From assembly GCF_963921235.1 (NCBI RefSeq), contig NC_086097.1, forward strand, positions 192,450,001 to 192,514,000: DNA of 64,000 nt, written 5' to 3'. Made by a program: the position numbers and the translations under genes. Below, in pieces: positions 25,835-38,671 of this stretch (position 1 is its first letter; each line of letters starts with the position of its first letter). This stretch comes from Mobula hypostoma (lineage: Eukaryota). The notes below the pieces were generated by a model that saw only the letters and a program-made list of their open reading frames with translations, was not told the DNA's origin and did not search any database.

Positions 25835-28350
25835 TTTTTTTCTTTCTTTCTCAATCTTTTCTATTAGGTTTTGAATTGACAAACATAACAATGATAATGA
25901 TACAAAGGGATCGGGATTACATTAATAACGGGCAACATGTACAGACACAGACTTCGAGTAGCATATGTAATTTAAGCCTCCCAATCTCTTAATAACTGAA
26001 TATGAAAAAGATTCAAAAAATTTTATACAAAGAAAAAATCCCCCTACACTAAAAAAAACAAAACTAAACTAAACAAACTCTGGGCTGACGTGTTTCATCG
26101 GTTAAAATCATTATTTGTCATTAACTCCGCTCCTCTATACAGAAACAAAAAGTTATTGAAAAGGATTTGGAAAAGGTCAGTTTACATCATATGAAAATGT
26201 TGAGTAAATGACCACAAGTTTCTTCAAATTTAACCAAAGGATCGATAGTACCACTCCTATTTTTTTCCAAGTTTAAACATGTTATAGTTTGGGAAAACCA
26301 TTGAAATGTAGTAGGGAGATTAGAATCTTTCCATTTAAATAAAATGGACCTTCTGGCTATTAATGTAACAAATGTAATCAAACGACAAACTGAAGGGGAT
26401 AAATGACTAGAGACCATCACTGATAATCCAAAAATTGCAGTAAAAGGATGAGGTTGTAAATCAATACACCAAACTACTGAAATAATATCAAAAATGTCTT
26501 TCCAATATTTTTCCAAAAGAGGGCAAGACCAGAACATATGTGTTAAGGAAGCTATCTCAGAATTAAATCTGTCACAGACAGGATTTATATGACAATAAAA
26601 ATGAGCTAACTTATCCTTGGACCCTATGAACCACCTTAAATTGTATAAAAGCTTGTCTAGCACACATTGAAGAAGTGTTAACTATCTGGAGAATTTTCTC
26701 CCATTTCTGTATAGGTAAGGATACATGAAGTTCTTTCTCCCATTCATTCTTAATTTTATCAGATATACCTAGACGTATTTTTGTTATTAAATCATAAATA
26801 ATTGCTATTAAACTCTTCTGATAGGGATTTAAATCTAATTTTTTTTCTGTAATTTCAGTTTGATGTGGTATTGGAAAATTAGGTAAAATAACATTCAAAA
26901 AGTTTCTAATCTGTAACTATCTGAAAGAATGTGATCTAGGCAAATTATATTTATTAGACAACTGTTCAAAAGACATGAGACAATTATCCTTGAATAAATT
27001 ACGAAAACATGTTATTCCCTTTGTTTTCCATAAAAGAAAAGCTTGATCAGTTCTGGATGGTTGGAAAAAAAATTGGATATAATAGGACTTGATAGGATAA
27101 ATTTATTCAATCCAAAAAATTTACTTGAAACCATATTCGTATTGTATATTTAATTATTGGATTAATCGTTTGTTTATTTAGTTTAGTAAGTGCAAAGGGA
27201 AGCAAATCACCTAAAATAGAAGCCAATAAGAAGCCTTGTACAGACTCTCATTTCACCACTCACTTCACCTGTGAGTCAGCTGGGGTGATATACTGCGTCC
27301 GGTGCTCCCGATATGGCCTTTTATATATTGGCGAGACCCGACGCAGACTGGGAGACCGCTTCGCTGAACACCTACGCTCTGTCCGCCAGAGAAAACAGGA
27401 TCTCCCAGTGGCCACACATTTTAACTCCACATTCCATTCCCATTCTGACATGTCTATCCACGGCCTCCTCTACTGTAAAGATGAAGCCACACTCAGGTTG
27501 GAGGAACAACACCTTATATTCTTTCTGGGTAGCCTCCAACCTGATGGCATGAACATTGACTTCTCTAACTTCCGCTAATGCCCCACCTCCCCCTCATACC
27601 CCATCCGTTATTTATTTTTATACACACACATTCTTTCTCTCACTCTCCTTTTTCTCGTTCTGTCCCTCTGACTATACCCTTTGCCCATCCTCTGGGTTCC
27701 CCCCCCCCCACTTGTCTTTCTCCCTGGGCCTCCTGTCCCATGATCCTCTCATATCCCCTTTGCCAATCACCTGTCCAGCTCTTGGCTCCATCCCTCCCCC
27801 TCCTGTCTTCTCCTATCATTTTGGATCTCCCCCTCCCCCTCCCCCTCCCCAAATTTCTTACTAACTCTTCCTTCAGTTAGTCCTGAAACGTCGACTGTAC
27901 CTCTTCCTAGAGATGCTGCCTGGCCTGCTGCGTTCACCAGCAACTTTGATGTGTGTTGCTTGAATTTCCAGCATCTGCAGAATTCCTGTTGTTTAAATAG
28001 ATCCGTATGCTTTTTAGTAATTTTAACACTCAAATAAGTAAAATAATCAGTAACTAGTCTAAATGGTGATTGTCTATAGGTTGGAACTTGCATATTTAAT
28101 GGAAAAAGCTCACTCTTATTAAGATTCAATTTATAGCCAGAAAAACTACTAAGCTGTGCAAGTATTGATATTACTACAGGGATGGATTTCTCTGGGTTAG
28201 AGATGTATAGTAACAGGTCATCTGCATATAGTGATACCTTATGTGTTCCATTCCCACGAATAATTCCGAATATATTGGGTGAATCATGAAGAGCAATTGC
28301 CAAGGGCTGCAAGGCAATATCAAATAGTAAAGGGCTTAAAGGACAGCCCA
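25835..28350 (-). mobile_element. L1/Tx1-like LINE, 5'-truncated, 16-bp TSD
   Basis: RT motif HKVSLYADDLLLYI (ORF 27767-28312); C-terminal cysteine motif CDRF...HMFWSC (26187-26663); T-rich tail at 25835; TSD at 25819-25834 and 28351-28366. Confidence 0.92.
27261..27994 (+). mobile_element. Young 5'-truncated PLE (GIY-YIG plus pLTR) nested in L1
   Basis: ORF 27285-27578 (IYCVRCSRYGLLYIGETRRRLGDRFAEH); highly similar to 19344-20061. Confidence 0.93.
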
Positions 28351-28764
28351 GCAGCTATACCCACTCATGGGGAAGGCTTCATGAGTAAACCCCAAGGAAA
28401 AATCCGGAGCTAGAGTTCCTAAAGTAGACTTACTGTGAGTTTAATGCTGACTTGCAACGTTTACGACATCATTGGTACAAGCTGTATCAGCCTTTGCTGT
28501 TTCTTTGAATTCATCAGTTGCATGGAGAGGGGAACCTGTTACACGGGCTACAGCTTGCTCTCTGTATCTAACTGCACTAACTTGCATACACAGCTGGGAT
28601 GCATCACTCATGATCAATCTCAAACGACGAGGGCCTCTGAGGTTGTTGGATTTGAATTTTTTCTGCTTCAGTATTTCATGAACATCTCCACTGCATAATC
28701 TGCACTGATTGAAGAGTGAAGTATCAGAGAAATAGTTGCAAATAAAAAACATGTGGTGCCTGTT

Positions 28765-30715
28765 GGAACCTGATTGCAGAGTGGGAGATTGCTTGGGTTA
28801 ATAGTAACTAGGGTTAATTAGCAAGGGTCCATAAAAAGATGCAGAATTTAAGCAGAGCTGCCATTATGTGTGGACAAGTTTGGAGTGGTCAGGTGTTGGT
28901 AACAACAGGATCAAGCTAGAATTTCAGTTTAAGAAGTTAGAGGCATAACTAGCATAGACAGGATGGTAGTACAGGCAGTGGAATGATCCTTCTGAGAGAT
29001 GTAGGATTTCAGGGTACCTAATGGTCTCTCTGATGCTATATCTGCAGGAAGTGCACACAACTTACAGTTCTCAACTAACAAAGTCAGGGAACTAGAACGG
29101 GAACTGAATACACTCAGGACCATCTGGGAGACTGAAAACTTCATGGCCGGGTTCTTCAGTGAGGTGGGTGACCACCAGGAGAAGTAAAGTGGATAAACTG
29201 TCATTGTAGGGATTCTCAGTGGCCATTCCAATCAGTAACATATGCCACTTTGGATAGTACCAGGAATGCCCTATCCAGGCACATCAGCAGTAGCCAGGCC
29301 AGTGGCTGGCTCTGAGGCTCAGCAGGGACGGGTAAAGCCAAGGAGAGCAGTAGTGATAGGAGACTCGGCAGTCGGGGGAGACAGGGGATTCTGTGGTTGT
29401 GAAAGAGAAACCAGAATGGTGTATCGCCTCCAAAGTGCTGTGGTCCAGAATACCTCAGAGTGGCTGCAAAAGATTCTCAAATGGAAGTGTGAGCAGTCAG
29501 AGGCAGTGGTAAACACAAAACAATCTGCATGTGCTGGGGTCAAAGCAAATCTCACAACACGCTGGAGGAACCCAGCAGGTCAGGCAGCATCCGTAGAAAA
29601 GATCGGTCAACGTTTCGGGCTGGAACATCGACCAATCTTTTCCACGGATGCTGCCCGACCTCTGAGTTCCTCCAGCATGTTGTGAGATTTACTTTGACCT
29701 TTGGCTGTGATGCATGTTGGCACCAATGTCATCGGTAGAAAGGGGGAAGAGGTCCTGTACAGTAAATAAAGGGAATGGGGGAAATGACTGAAGAACAGGA
29801 TCTCCAGGGTAGTAATTCCTGGATTACTCCCATGCCATGTGCTAGTCAGGGCAGGAATAGGATGATGGTACTGATGAGGAAGAGGTGCAGTGGGCAGGGT
29901 TTCAGATTGCTGGATCATTGGGATCTCTTCTGGGGAAAGTCTGACCTGTACAAAAAGGACAGATTACACCAGAACCTGAGGGGGATCAATACCCTTGTGG
30001 GCAGGTTTGCTAGAGCTGTTGGGGTGGGTTTAAACTAAGTTGGCAGGGGGAATGTGAACCAGAGTGACAGGGCTGAGGATGGGATAAACAAGTTAATGCA
30101 GTGTATAGTGTGATCGTGAGGGTGGACAAGTAGATGATAGGGCAAAATTGCAGTCAGTGGATTGAGGTGAAGTGTACCACAGGGGCAACATCAAAACCAA
30201 TGATGAATACAGGACTGAAGGTGTTATTTTTGAATGCAAACAATATACAGAATAAAGTCTTGTTGCACAGTTAGAAATTGGAAGGTATGACACTCTGTGC
30301 ATCACTGAGTCATGGCTGAAGGAAGGTCATAGTTGGGAGCTGAACATCCAAGTATACACCTTGTACCAAAAGAACAGGGAGATAGGTGGGGGGTGGTGGT
30401 GTTGGTTTAAAAAGTGAAATCAAATCCTTTGAAAGAGGTGACATGGGATCAGAAGATGTAGAACTCTTGTGGGTAGAGCTAGAAACTGCAAGGGTAAAAA
30501 GACCCTGATGGGAGTTCTGTACAGGCCCCTGAACATACCCAGGACGTGTGATATAAATTTCAATGGGAAATAGAAAAAACATGTAATAAAGGCAATGTTA
30601 TGATAGTCATGGAAAATTTTAATATGCAGATAGATTTGGGTTATGGATCCCAAGAGAGGGATATTTTAGAATGCCAGCAAGGAGGCTTTTTAGAGCACCT
30701 CGAAGTTGAGCAGCC
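28765..30715 (+). mobile_element. CR1 LINE 5' part: ORF1 (SGNH esterase) and start of ORF2 endonuclease, degraded
   Basis: RRAVVIGDS..G.DRGFCG..RETRMV (29242-29685); GFRLLDHWDLFWG..DLYKKDRLH (29775-30038); endonuclease motifs at about 30210-30700. Confidence 0.85.
29511..29700. repeat. Palindromic PLE-pLTR insertion (second subfamily) within CR1 ORF1
   Basis: ggtcaaagcaaatctcacaacacgctggaggaacccagcaggtcaggcagcatccgtagaaaagatcggtc versus gaccaatcttttccacggatgctgcccgacctctgagttcctccagcatgttgtgagatttactttgacc. Confidence 0.85.
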
Positions 30716-32070
30716 TTCTTTGACATACAGACAGTTGGTCCCATCTCGCTGAGAACTCTGAAAACATAGGATTACAATGAGCTGGGCAACCATGCATGGC
30801 GATATCATAGACTTTTGTCCATGTCAGGTCATTCCTTGCTTCTCTTTGTACTTACAGAATTTAATACCAGCAAATGGTCCAGCAATGCTGTGTGGAAGAC
30901 ATCTGCTGGGTCACAGAATGAAGAGTTTTCTTCAGTTGTCAATAGTGGAATATGTGACAGGCTGTCAGCATTGCTGTGTTGTTTGGTACCCTTGAACTCT
31001 GTCATAAAAATGGGCTTCTAAGAAAAGTGCCCAAATTTGCAATCGGTAGCAGACATCACTGGGATTCCCTTCCTGGAACTGAAAATGAACACAAGAGTTT
31101 GGTGTTCTGTTACTAGTGTAAACATTTGTCTGTCAAGGTAATGGTGGAACTTCTTTATTCCCCATACTAGACTAAGGGCCTCCCGTTTGATTTCTGCATA
31201 ATTGTGTTCTGCACTTATCAATGATCTTGAAGCCAATGCAATCAGACATTCAGAAACATCTTTCATAGAGGGTGACAAAATGGCACCAAGGCCATAAGGG
31301 GACACATTGCATGCCAGTCTGATGGACAGCAATGAATCATTATGGATGGGCAGTTCATCTGATTTTATTAGTCTCTTTGTTTCCTTGAGCGCTCTTTCAC
31401 AACTTTCTAACCATCCCCACTTTGCTCCTGTCTATAACAGTGCACTCAGCTGTAGCAATATTTGGGAGAAAACAGTGGTAGTAGTTTACAAGGTCCAAGT
31501 ATGACCTGAGTTGTGACACGTTTTCCGGTTTGGGCGCCAACAGCACTGCTTCAATTTTCTCTTGTGACTTATGTAATCCCTGATTGTCAATGACATGTCC
31601 ACAATATGAGAGTTCACTCTTGAAAAACTCTCATTTCTCTCTTGTTGTGTGCAGACCATACTCACTCAGCCAGGTAGGCACTTCACCAAGGTTCTGGAGA
31701 TGCTCTTCATCATTCTTGCCAGTCACAATGATGCCACTGAGGTAACATTGTGTCCCTGGCAGATCTTGGAGCACTTGGTCCAATGCTCTTTGCCAAATTG
31801 CTGGAGCCAAAGATGACATGATTGTACTCGAACAGTCCCTTGTGAGTGTTGACTGTGAGAAACTTCCTGCTTGTCTCTTCAATCTCCATTTGCTTATAGG
31901 CTTGTGATAAGTCAATCTTTGAAAACCTCCCCTCCTGCCAAAGATGCAAAAATACTCTCTATTCGTGGCAGGGGATATTGCACAGCATGCATCACTGGGT
32001 GGATGGTCACCTTGAAATCCCCACATATGCAAACAACTCCGGCCTTTCCTTTCTTGATCACTGGGACTTA
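30716..32070 (-). mobile_element. Ty3/Gypsy pol remnant (RT-RNase H)
   Basis: FSKIDLSQAYKQMEI...LTVNTHKGLFEY (31710-31949); LAC.VSPYGLGAILS...ASRSL.SAEHNYAEIKREALSLVWGIKKFH.YL (31018-31332). Confidence 0.9.
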
Positions 32071-33682
32071 ATTTCAGAATAAATACTGCCTGGAGCAACA
32101 ACTCCCCTGCCTTTTGTTTTGAAACAATTACCTGAGATCTCTCACACCGCCTGGGGAAGAAGACAGGAAGAGGGTTTAAATTCTCATCTGAAAGGGGATA
32201 CCTCTGACATGCTCTCAGTTCTGCACTGAATTTCCAAGTGAGTTTTTAATGTTTAAATCTCTCAAGTGTGCCCATATCTTCTGATGTCTTCAGTGGGAGG
32301 AACAATACCAAATGAGCCACAGCTGGCTTACTAATTTGAAAGCCATATGACTCTATAAGCTGCTTCATCAATGATTTCCTCCATATTTGATATCTTGATA
32401 TTTACCAATGATTTAAGAAGCAATTTCTCAAATATTGAAGTCCATTATTGCTTGAAAAAACTTGGACGTTATTCAAGCCTGGCTGATAAATGGAAAATAA
32501 CATTCATTCACACTACACTACAAATTACCAGGTAATGATCATCACTAGGACAGTATAACTATACCCCCTGTTTTTCAACAGTATCATGATCACCAAACTC
32601 CTCTCCATCAACATCCTGTGGATCATCTTCGAGCAGAGAACCAATTTGCACTATGGATACCAGAGACTTGAGAATTCTGTCAATCAACTTGATAACTACA
32701 AGGCATAAATCAGGAAGGTGATGAATAAAGCTCTAGGACAAAGTAATGCACCTAATTTGCAGCCTTTCCATGTTCAACATCCACTATCTCTACTACAAAC
32801 ACAGGCTGTATCGTGTACATATATGTGCCATTTTTCCATGGCTTCTTTAGTAGAAACTCTCTAGCCTGTGACATCTAACAAACTGATAGACAAGGGAATT
32901 AATGTTCTTTGAGAAACTGCCATGGAGCAGATTCTTAAATCATTAGTAAGTATCAAAACTTCAACCATATGGAGGACAGCTATTGATGAACCAGCTCAGA
33001 GTCATAGAATCATGGAATCATATGATTGACAGCAGTCAATTTAGTAAGCCAGCTTCAGCTAGTTGAGTTAGAAGACCATCTATGTAAAATTACCAATCAA
33101 GTCACACACCAACCTAAAATTCTGCAGAGCTAGAAATCCAGAGCAACACACACCAACATGGTGGAGGAAGGCAGCAGATCATGCAGCATCTATGGAAATG
33201 AACAAACAGTTGATGTTTTGGGCCAAGACACTTCATCAGGACTCAAAAGGAAAGGGGAAGATGCCAGAATGTGATGAGGAGGGGAAGGAGAACAAGCTAG
33301 AAGGTGATAGGTGGGGGAGAGGGGAGTGAAGTAAGAAGCTGGACGGTGATAGGGGCCTGGAGAGGATTGATTCTGATAGGATAGGAGAGTGAACCATGGG
33401 AGAAAGGCAAGGCAGAAGGGCATCAGGGGTTTGTGATATGCAGGTGAGGAGAAGAGGAAGGAGGCTAGCATGGAGAATAGAAGAGGGAAAGGAAAGTGGA
33501 ACAATTACTGGAAGTTGGAGAAGTTAATATTCATGCCAGTAGGTTGGAGGCTACCAAGACAGAATATGAGGTGTTGCTCCTTCAACCTAAAAGTGGCCTC
33601 ATTGTGGCAGAAGAGAAGGCCATGAACTGAAATGTCAGAATGGGAATGGGGATAGGAATTAAAATGATTTGCCTCCAGGAAA

Positions 33683-33849
33683 CACACAAAAAATGCTGGT
33701 GAACGCAACAGGCCAGGACTGACGAAGGGTCTCAGCCTGAAACGTCGACTGTACCTCTTCCTATAAATGCTGCCTGGCCTGCTGCGTTCACCAGTATTTT
33801 TTGTGTGTGTTGCTTGAATTTCCAGTATCTGCAGATTTCCTCGTGTTTC
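33683..33849 (+). mobile_element. Short partly palindromic pLTR insertion with hammerhead core (33719-33750), 11-bp TSD
   Basis: ctgacgaagggtctcagcctgaaacgtcgact; TSD cctccaggaaa at 33672-33682 and 33850-33860. Confidence 0.88.
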
Positions 33850-34230
33850 CCTCCAGGAAATTCAGCTTTTTGTAGGTGGAGCAGAAGTGCTCAACAAAAT
33901 GGTTCCCCAATCTGCATAGATTCTCACCAATATACAGGAGGCTGCATTGGGAGCACAAGATACAGTAGACAACCCCAAAAGATTTGAAGGTGAAGTATTG
34001 CCTCACCTGGAAAGACTTCTCAGGGCCCTGAATGGAGGAGAGGGAGAAGGTGAATGGGCAGGTGTAGCACTACTGCTTGCAGGGATAAGTGCCAAGTAGG
34101 AAATTAGTGGGGAGGGACAAATAAACAAGGGGATCATGGGAGTGATCCCTACAGTAAGTGGAAAGTGGTGGGGAGGTAAAGAAGTATTTGGTTGTTGAGT
34201 CCCATTAAAGATGGCAGAAGTTGCGGAGAC

Positions 34231-34334
34231 AACAGGAATTCTGCAGATGCTGGAAATTCAAGCAACACACATCCTGGTGAACGCAGCAGGCCAGGCAGCA
34301 TCTGTAGGAAGAGGTGCAGTCGACGTTTCAGTCC
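34231..34334 (-). mobile_element. 104-bp pLTR insertion, 14-bp TSD
   Basis: TSD gaagttgcggagac at 34217-34230 and 34335-34348; body matches the 3' half of the hammerhead through the pLTR end. Confidence 0.88.
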
Positions 34335-35628
34335 GAAGTTGCGGAGACTGGTGTTTTGGATGCAGAAGGTCATGGGGCTGTAGGTAAGAACAAGAGGAAC
34401 CCTATCCCTGTTGAGGTGGCAGGAAGATGTGGTGAGTTCAGCTTCAATGTTGAAGGAAGGGAACACTAGTTCTTTGAAAAAGAAGGACATCTGTGATGTC
34501 CTGGAAAGGAAAGCCTCATTCTGGGAACTGATGCAGCAGAGATGAAAGAACTCTGAAAAGGGAATGGTATTTTTAAAGGAAACAGGTTGGGAAGAAAGAT
34601 AGTCAACATAACTGGGGGTATCAGTAGACTTAAAAAAGGTATCAGTAAAGAGTTTGTCTCCAGAGCTGGAAGCTGAGAGATTGAGAAATGGGAAAGAGGT
34701 GCCAGAAACACACCAAATGAAATTAAGGGCAGCGTCGAAGTTGGAGGCAAAGTTAACAAATTTATTACTTCTACTTTATTATTACTGTTTAGAAAATAAA
34801 ATGTATGTTGGAAAGTATTTGAAATCTGTAAAAAACCAGTCATTATGTCACTCGATACCATTGAACATAAAAGTCATTTGACATTTGTAAGATCCAACAA
34901 CATGGGTGTTAACAGTCATTGAAGGAAATGTAACTGGTTTGGAAGACAATATTGCAATTCTGTAAAGTGGTCACTACTGAGGAATTTGGAAATCAGAGTA
35001 ATTGGTATATTTCTCTGTGAGAATCTTCAAATTATAGCAAAACCCAAATGGTTAAGAAATTGGCTTGCATTGTGCATAATTCATTTATCAAACATAATAA
35101 GAGTTCAATGTTGGTGAGTAGTGAAACATTACATATCATTTAACATCAGAAATATATCACCTGCCATTTAGTTAGAACTCCCTCACAGATGATTGGAGTG
35201 AACTCCCTCACTGTATGCAATCTTTTGAATATTCAGAGAATCAAGGGATATGGATTTAGTATAAGAAAATATAACCGGGTAAAGGGTGAACTATGATCTT
35301 ATTGCATTAAATTGCATTCTGGTATTTAATCAATTCTCTTTCCAATATTCAAAGTGACAAGTTTAGTTTGGCACCTACAGTATAACAATGATTTTCCAAG
35401 GTTCATATTCTTCAGGCAAAGGAATAGATAATAGCAAGTATTTGAATGGTGACAACACACACTAAGTGTGATTGTGCTCTACTTTGCCCAATGTCAGAAT
35501 GGACATCTGGATAATGATTAGAAAAATATTTCCATTTCTTCATACAGAATTCCATTTCTCCTTCCTAGCCTGAAAGAAATTAATCTTGTATTTGTCATTC
35601 CTGGTGTAAGACTTTCAAAGTCAAGATC

Positions 35629-36224
35629 TTCTGGTTAAGATGGCGCTAGTAAATGCGTGCAACAGCACCCCGGTAGTTAAAATGTTGACAAATCTGACTA
35701 AAAGCATCACTAAAAATATCTTTTCTGAGGTAAATTGTGTTAAATTATAGCCACAAACAATGAAGGAGTGAGTGATGGTGAGGCAAGTTTGGGGGATGAG
35801 CCGAGATGGTGTATTGCAGAATCATTGTAGATGGTGTTCTGATGTCCATACAACTGGCCTGGGTGAGATGTTGGATTATTCTGGGTGCTGAACTTACTTG
35901 ATGAGCTTGAGAGTGGCTTTGGAGAGGGCAATGAAATCTGGGCTTGACGCGAGTCGCTGGGCAGTATGGTCTAGGCCTGGAAAATTTTGCTGCAGCTGGG
36001 TCCTAGTGAGAAGTACAATTTGCTGTTTAGACAATTTAAACGCCAGCCCAGATCGGAGGCAAAAACCGATTTCACTCACTCTCCACAATGTTTACTCCTC
36101 TCTCCAGGGTGCTGGAGCTTTTCACTTTTGATCAATTTAAACATTGGCCCAGATAGACTGAAAAGACAGGGATCTGGGGTGAGAGCCGATTTTTCACTCG
36201 CTCTATGTGATGGCCACTCATCCA

Positions 36225-36261
<37 letters not shown>

Positions 36262-36365
36262 CAGGGTTATATAACGTGCACTCTTTTTTTATGCACTCTC
36301 ATGCACTCTTAGGGTTATATAACGTATACATTTTTTGATAATAAATGTACTTGAATCTTGGATCT
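35629..36365 (+). mobile_element. Non-autonomous non-LTR element, AAGATGGCG head, internal (CT)n, aataaatgtacttgaatc tail
   Basis: Start ttctggttaagatggcg; (CT)n at 36227-36258; tail at 36340-36365. Confidence 0.45.
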
Positions 36366-38671
36366 TCTTATTGATAAGGCTTAATACCAAGTTCAGTTCC
36401 CCACTGGTTCACTGGGGAATCTTGAAGTATTTTTATCATATGATTTATGTCCATTCCATGGAGTTAGGCCTTTACCTGGCTCATTATTGTCTTTAAAGAC
36501 AAATCCTGATACTGTCTTATTAGATCCACATGCTGTTTATCTAAAAGATTTGGCATTACAGTGGATCTGCAGATAAAAGCAATGAAGAGGTTTCTGTCAA
36601 AAGAAAAGTGTGCTCATTCAGAGTTCAGTATAGCCACTTTGCTCAACCTATAATTTAAGCTTTCTTTTCTATCCTGGGATTGCATGAGTGTAATTTTATT
36701 TTAGGACTATTTTAGACAAATATGCTGCTTCAGAAGCAAAATACTACAGATGCTGAAAATATGAAATGGAAAAAGAAGCAGGGAATACCTAACATTTTGC
36801 ATCAAGAGGAACAGGCAAAATGTTTCAGGTAGATGACTTTCATTTAGACCTTGATAGTTATAAGACTCCACTAATTACTAGCAGAGATTGAATAGGAGTT
36901 CAAGAAGGGTAAACAGAAAATTCCAAGATGGAGAGAGGCTGTGTCTCCCAAAATATGATCTGAATCTGCTACATGTCAAGTTTGGTCATGTGGTATGTAA
37001 AAATCTGTTTGATTTTAAAAATTAGTTTCTTTGAGCGACTTAGAACAAGCAAACATCTTTGGAAATACTTCATTTCAATGACCTTGAGATGCTTTGCCAG
37101 TGTGTGGTGAACTTCGAAGAGACATTGAATTGACAATATAGGTTGTATATCACTTTCATTGTGGAATAACTACTAGTCTAGATAATAGCTGTGTTAGTTG
37201 TCTAATAGCAATGACTATTCTTATGTCATTTTTGATGTAATGTCTTTAGTAATGGTTGATTCATGGTTTTAACCTTGGTACTCTTCTTGATTTTTATTTG
37301 TTAAATTTTATTGAGACATTTTTATCCCTGTTTGTTGTTATTATCACTTTTCTCTTACCCACGTTAGCTTCTTTTTCACATCTCTGGAGTTTTCTCTACC
37401 CTTTCTGTTATTTCCTTATGCTCTTCTGCAATTCCAGCTCATAGATCAAAATTAAAAAGATTTATTTCTTATTCCACAATCAAAACTGTTCTGAATATGT
37501 TCATTTTAAGCCACAGTACCTAATTTGTTTCATTTTTAAGTTAAATAAACATGAGCAAGAGCATCCTTGTGTCTTCCTACTGAAGTTGCAGATTACTTCC
37601 ATTCATTATTAGCGTGGTATTTTGTTGTTCATCTTAATTTCTAAGCAATTTTCACTAATCCTTGTCAAAAGCTTTAATAAACTGCATTAAATTATGATAG
37701 ATTTTTAATAGCTACTGGTATCCTTCATGGAAGGTTTTTGATCTGCACATCTGAATTTAGCCTGTACTGGTATACTGTCTATTTTCAAAAGTCCTTGTCA
37801 AATGCAGCAGAAGAAAGCAGCAATTGGATTTGGATTAAAAGGAAAGACAACAACTGGGCTGCAAGATGAAGACAGGAGGGTATGGAACTGAGGGGGTGTA
37901 TCTGGGATGCCTGGTAGCACTGTTGAGCCCTCTGGAGACGTTGTGGGCTTATCAACGAAATGTCAAAGAAGGAGGGTGCCCACCTGATGACCCCGATGAC
38001 GTACCTACCCTCCCTCCTTGTCACCACTCCAAACCCCTGCCAACTTCGAGAGTGCCAACTTACCAGAGGGATTGAAACATCAAGTCCTAGTAGCTCTACT
38101 CTACTACTATTATCCTAAAAAGCACATTACTTGACTCTGCACTGAACTAAGGAATTGGCCTGCAACTAATGGGCTCCGGGGCTGTCTGCAATGACGAATG
38201 GCTTTGTGGATGTGAACTCACTCTTGTGAACTTTAGTCCTGAATGTTATTTGTGCATTGAGTGTTTGACGATCTTTTTTAATGGGGTTTATTGGGTTTAT
38301 TTTTTGTGGCTGCCTGTAAGATGAACCTCAAGGTTATATACAGTATACATATTTAGAATACAAATTTACTTTGAACTTTGAATTTGGATGACTAATGGTG
38401 CTAACAGTATAATAGTTGGTACGCTGATGTTGATTCTCCTCTTTGGAGATGGAGATTATTATTGATTTATTCTGTTTTTCTTTTTCCATATTGCAGATAT
38501 TCTGCAGTAAAACATCTGTCCAGTTTATTTTGATGGATTCATAGCTTTCTGCCCCATAACTTTATTTGTGTTGCTTGTCATAGAAGCTTTTGTATCTTTA
38601 GAAATTGTAAGTTTTTATTGTTTTTCACAGTTCTAGGTCCATCTTTATTTAGGTGAGTTATTATTTATGGA

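Larger units (their letters stand above)
25545..28650 (+). mobile_element. Unclassified interspersed repeat split by the L1 insertion (25545-25834 and 28351-28650)
   Basis: The two halves are joined through the 16-bp TSD gcagctatacccactc. Confidence 0.45.
33115..34765 (-). mobile_element. Older PLE (RT end, GIY-YIG, pLTR with decayed hammerhead at about 33208-33243) carrying two nested pLTR insertions
   Basis: ORFs 33788-34006 (GVVYCILCSQCSLLYIGE) and 33505-33708; minus-strand agtcctgatgaagtgtcttggcccaaaacatcaact. Confidence 0.88.
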
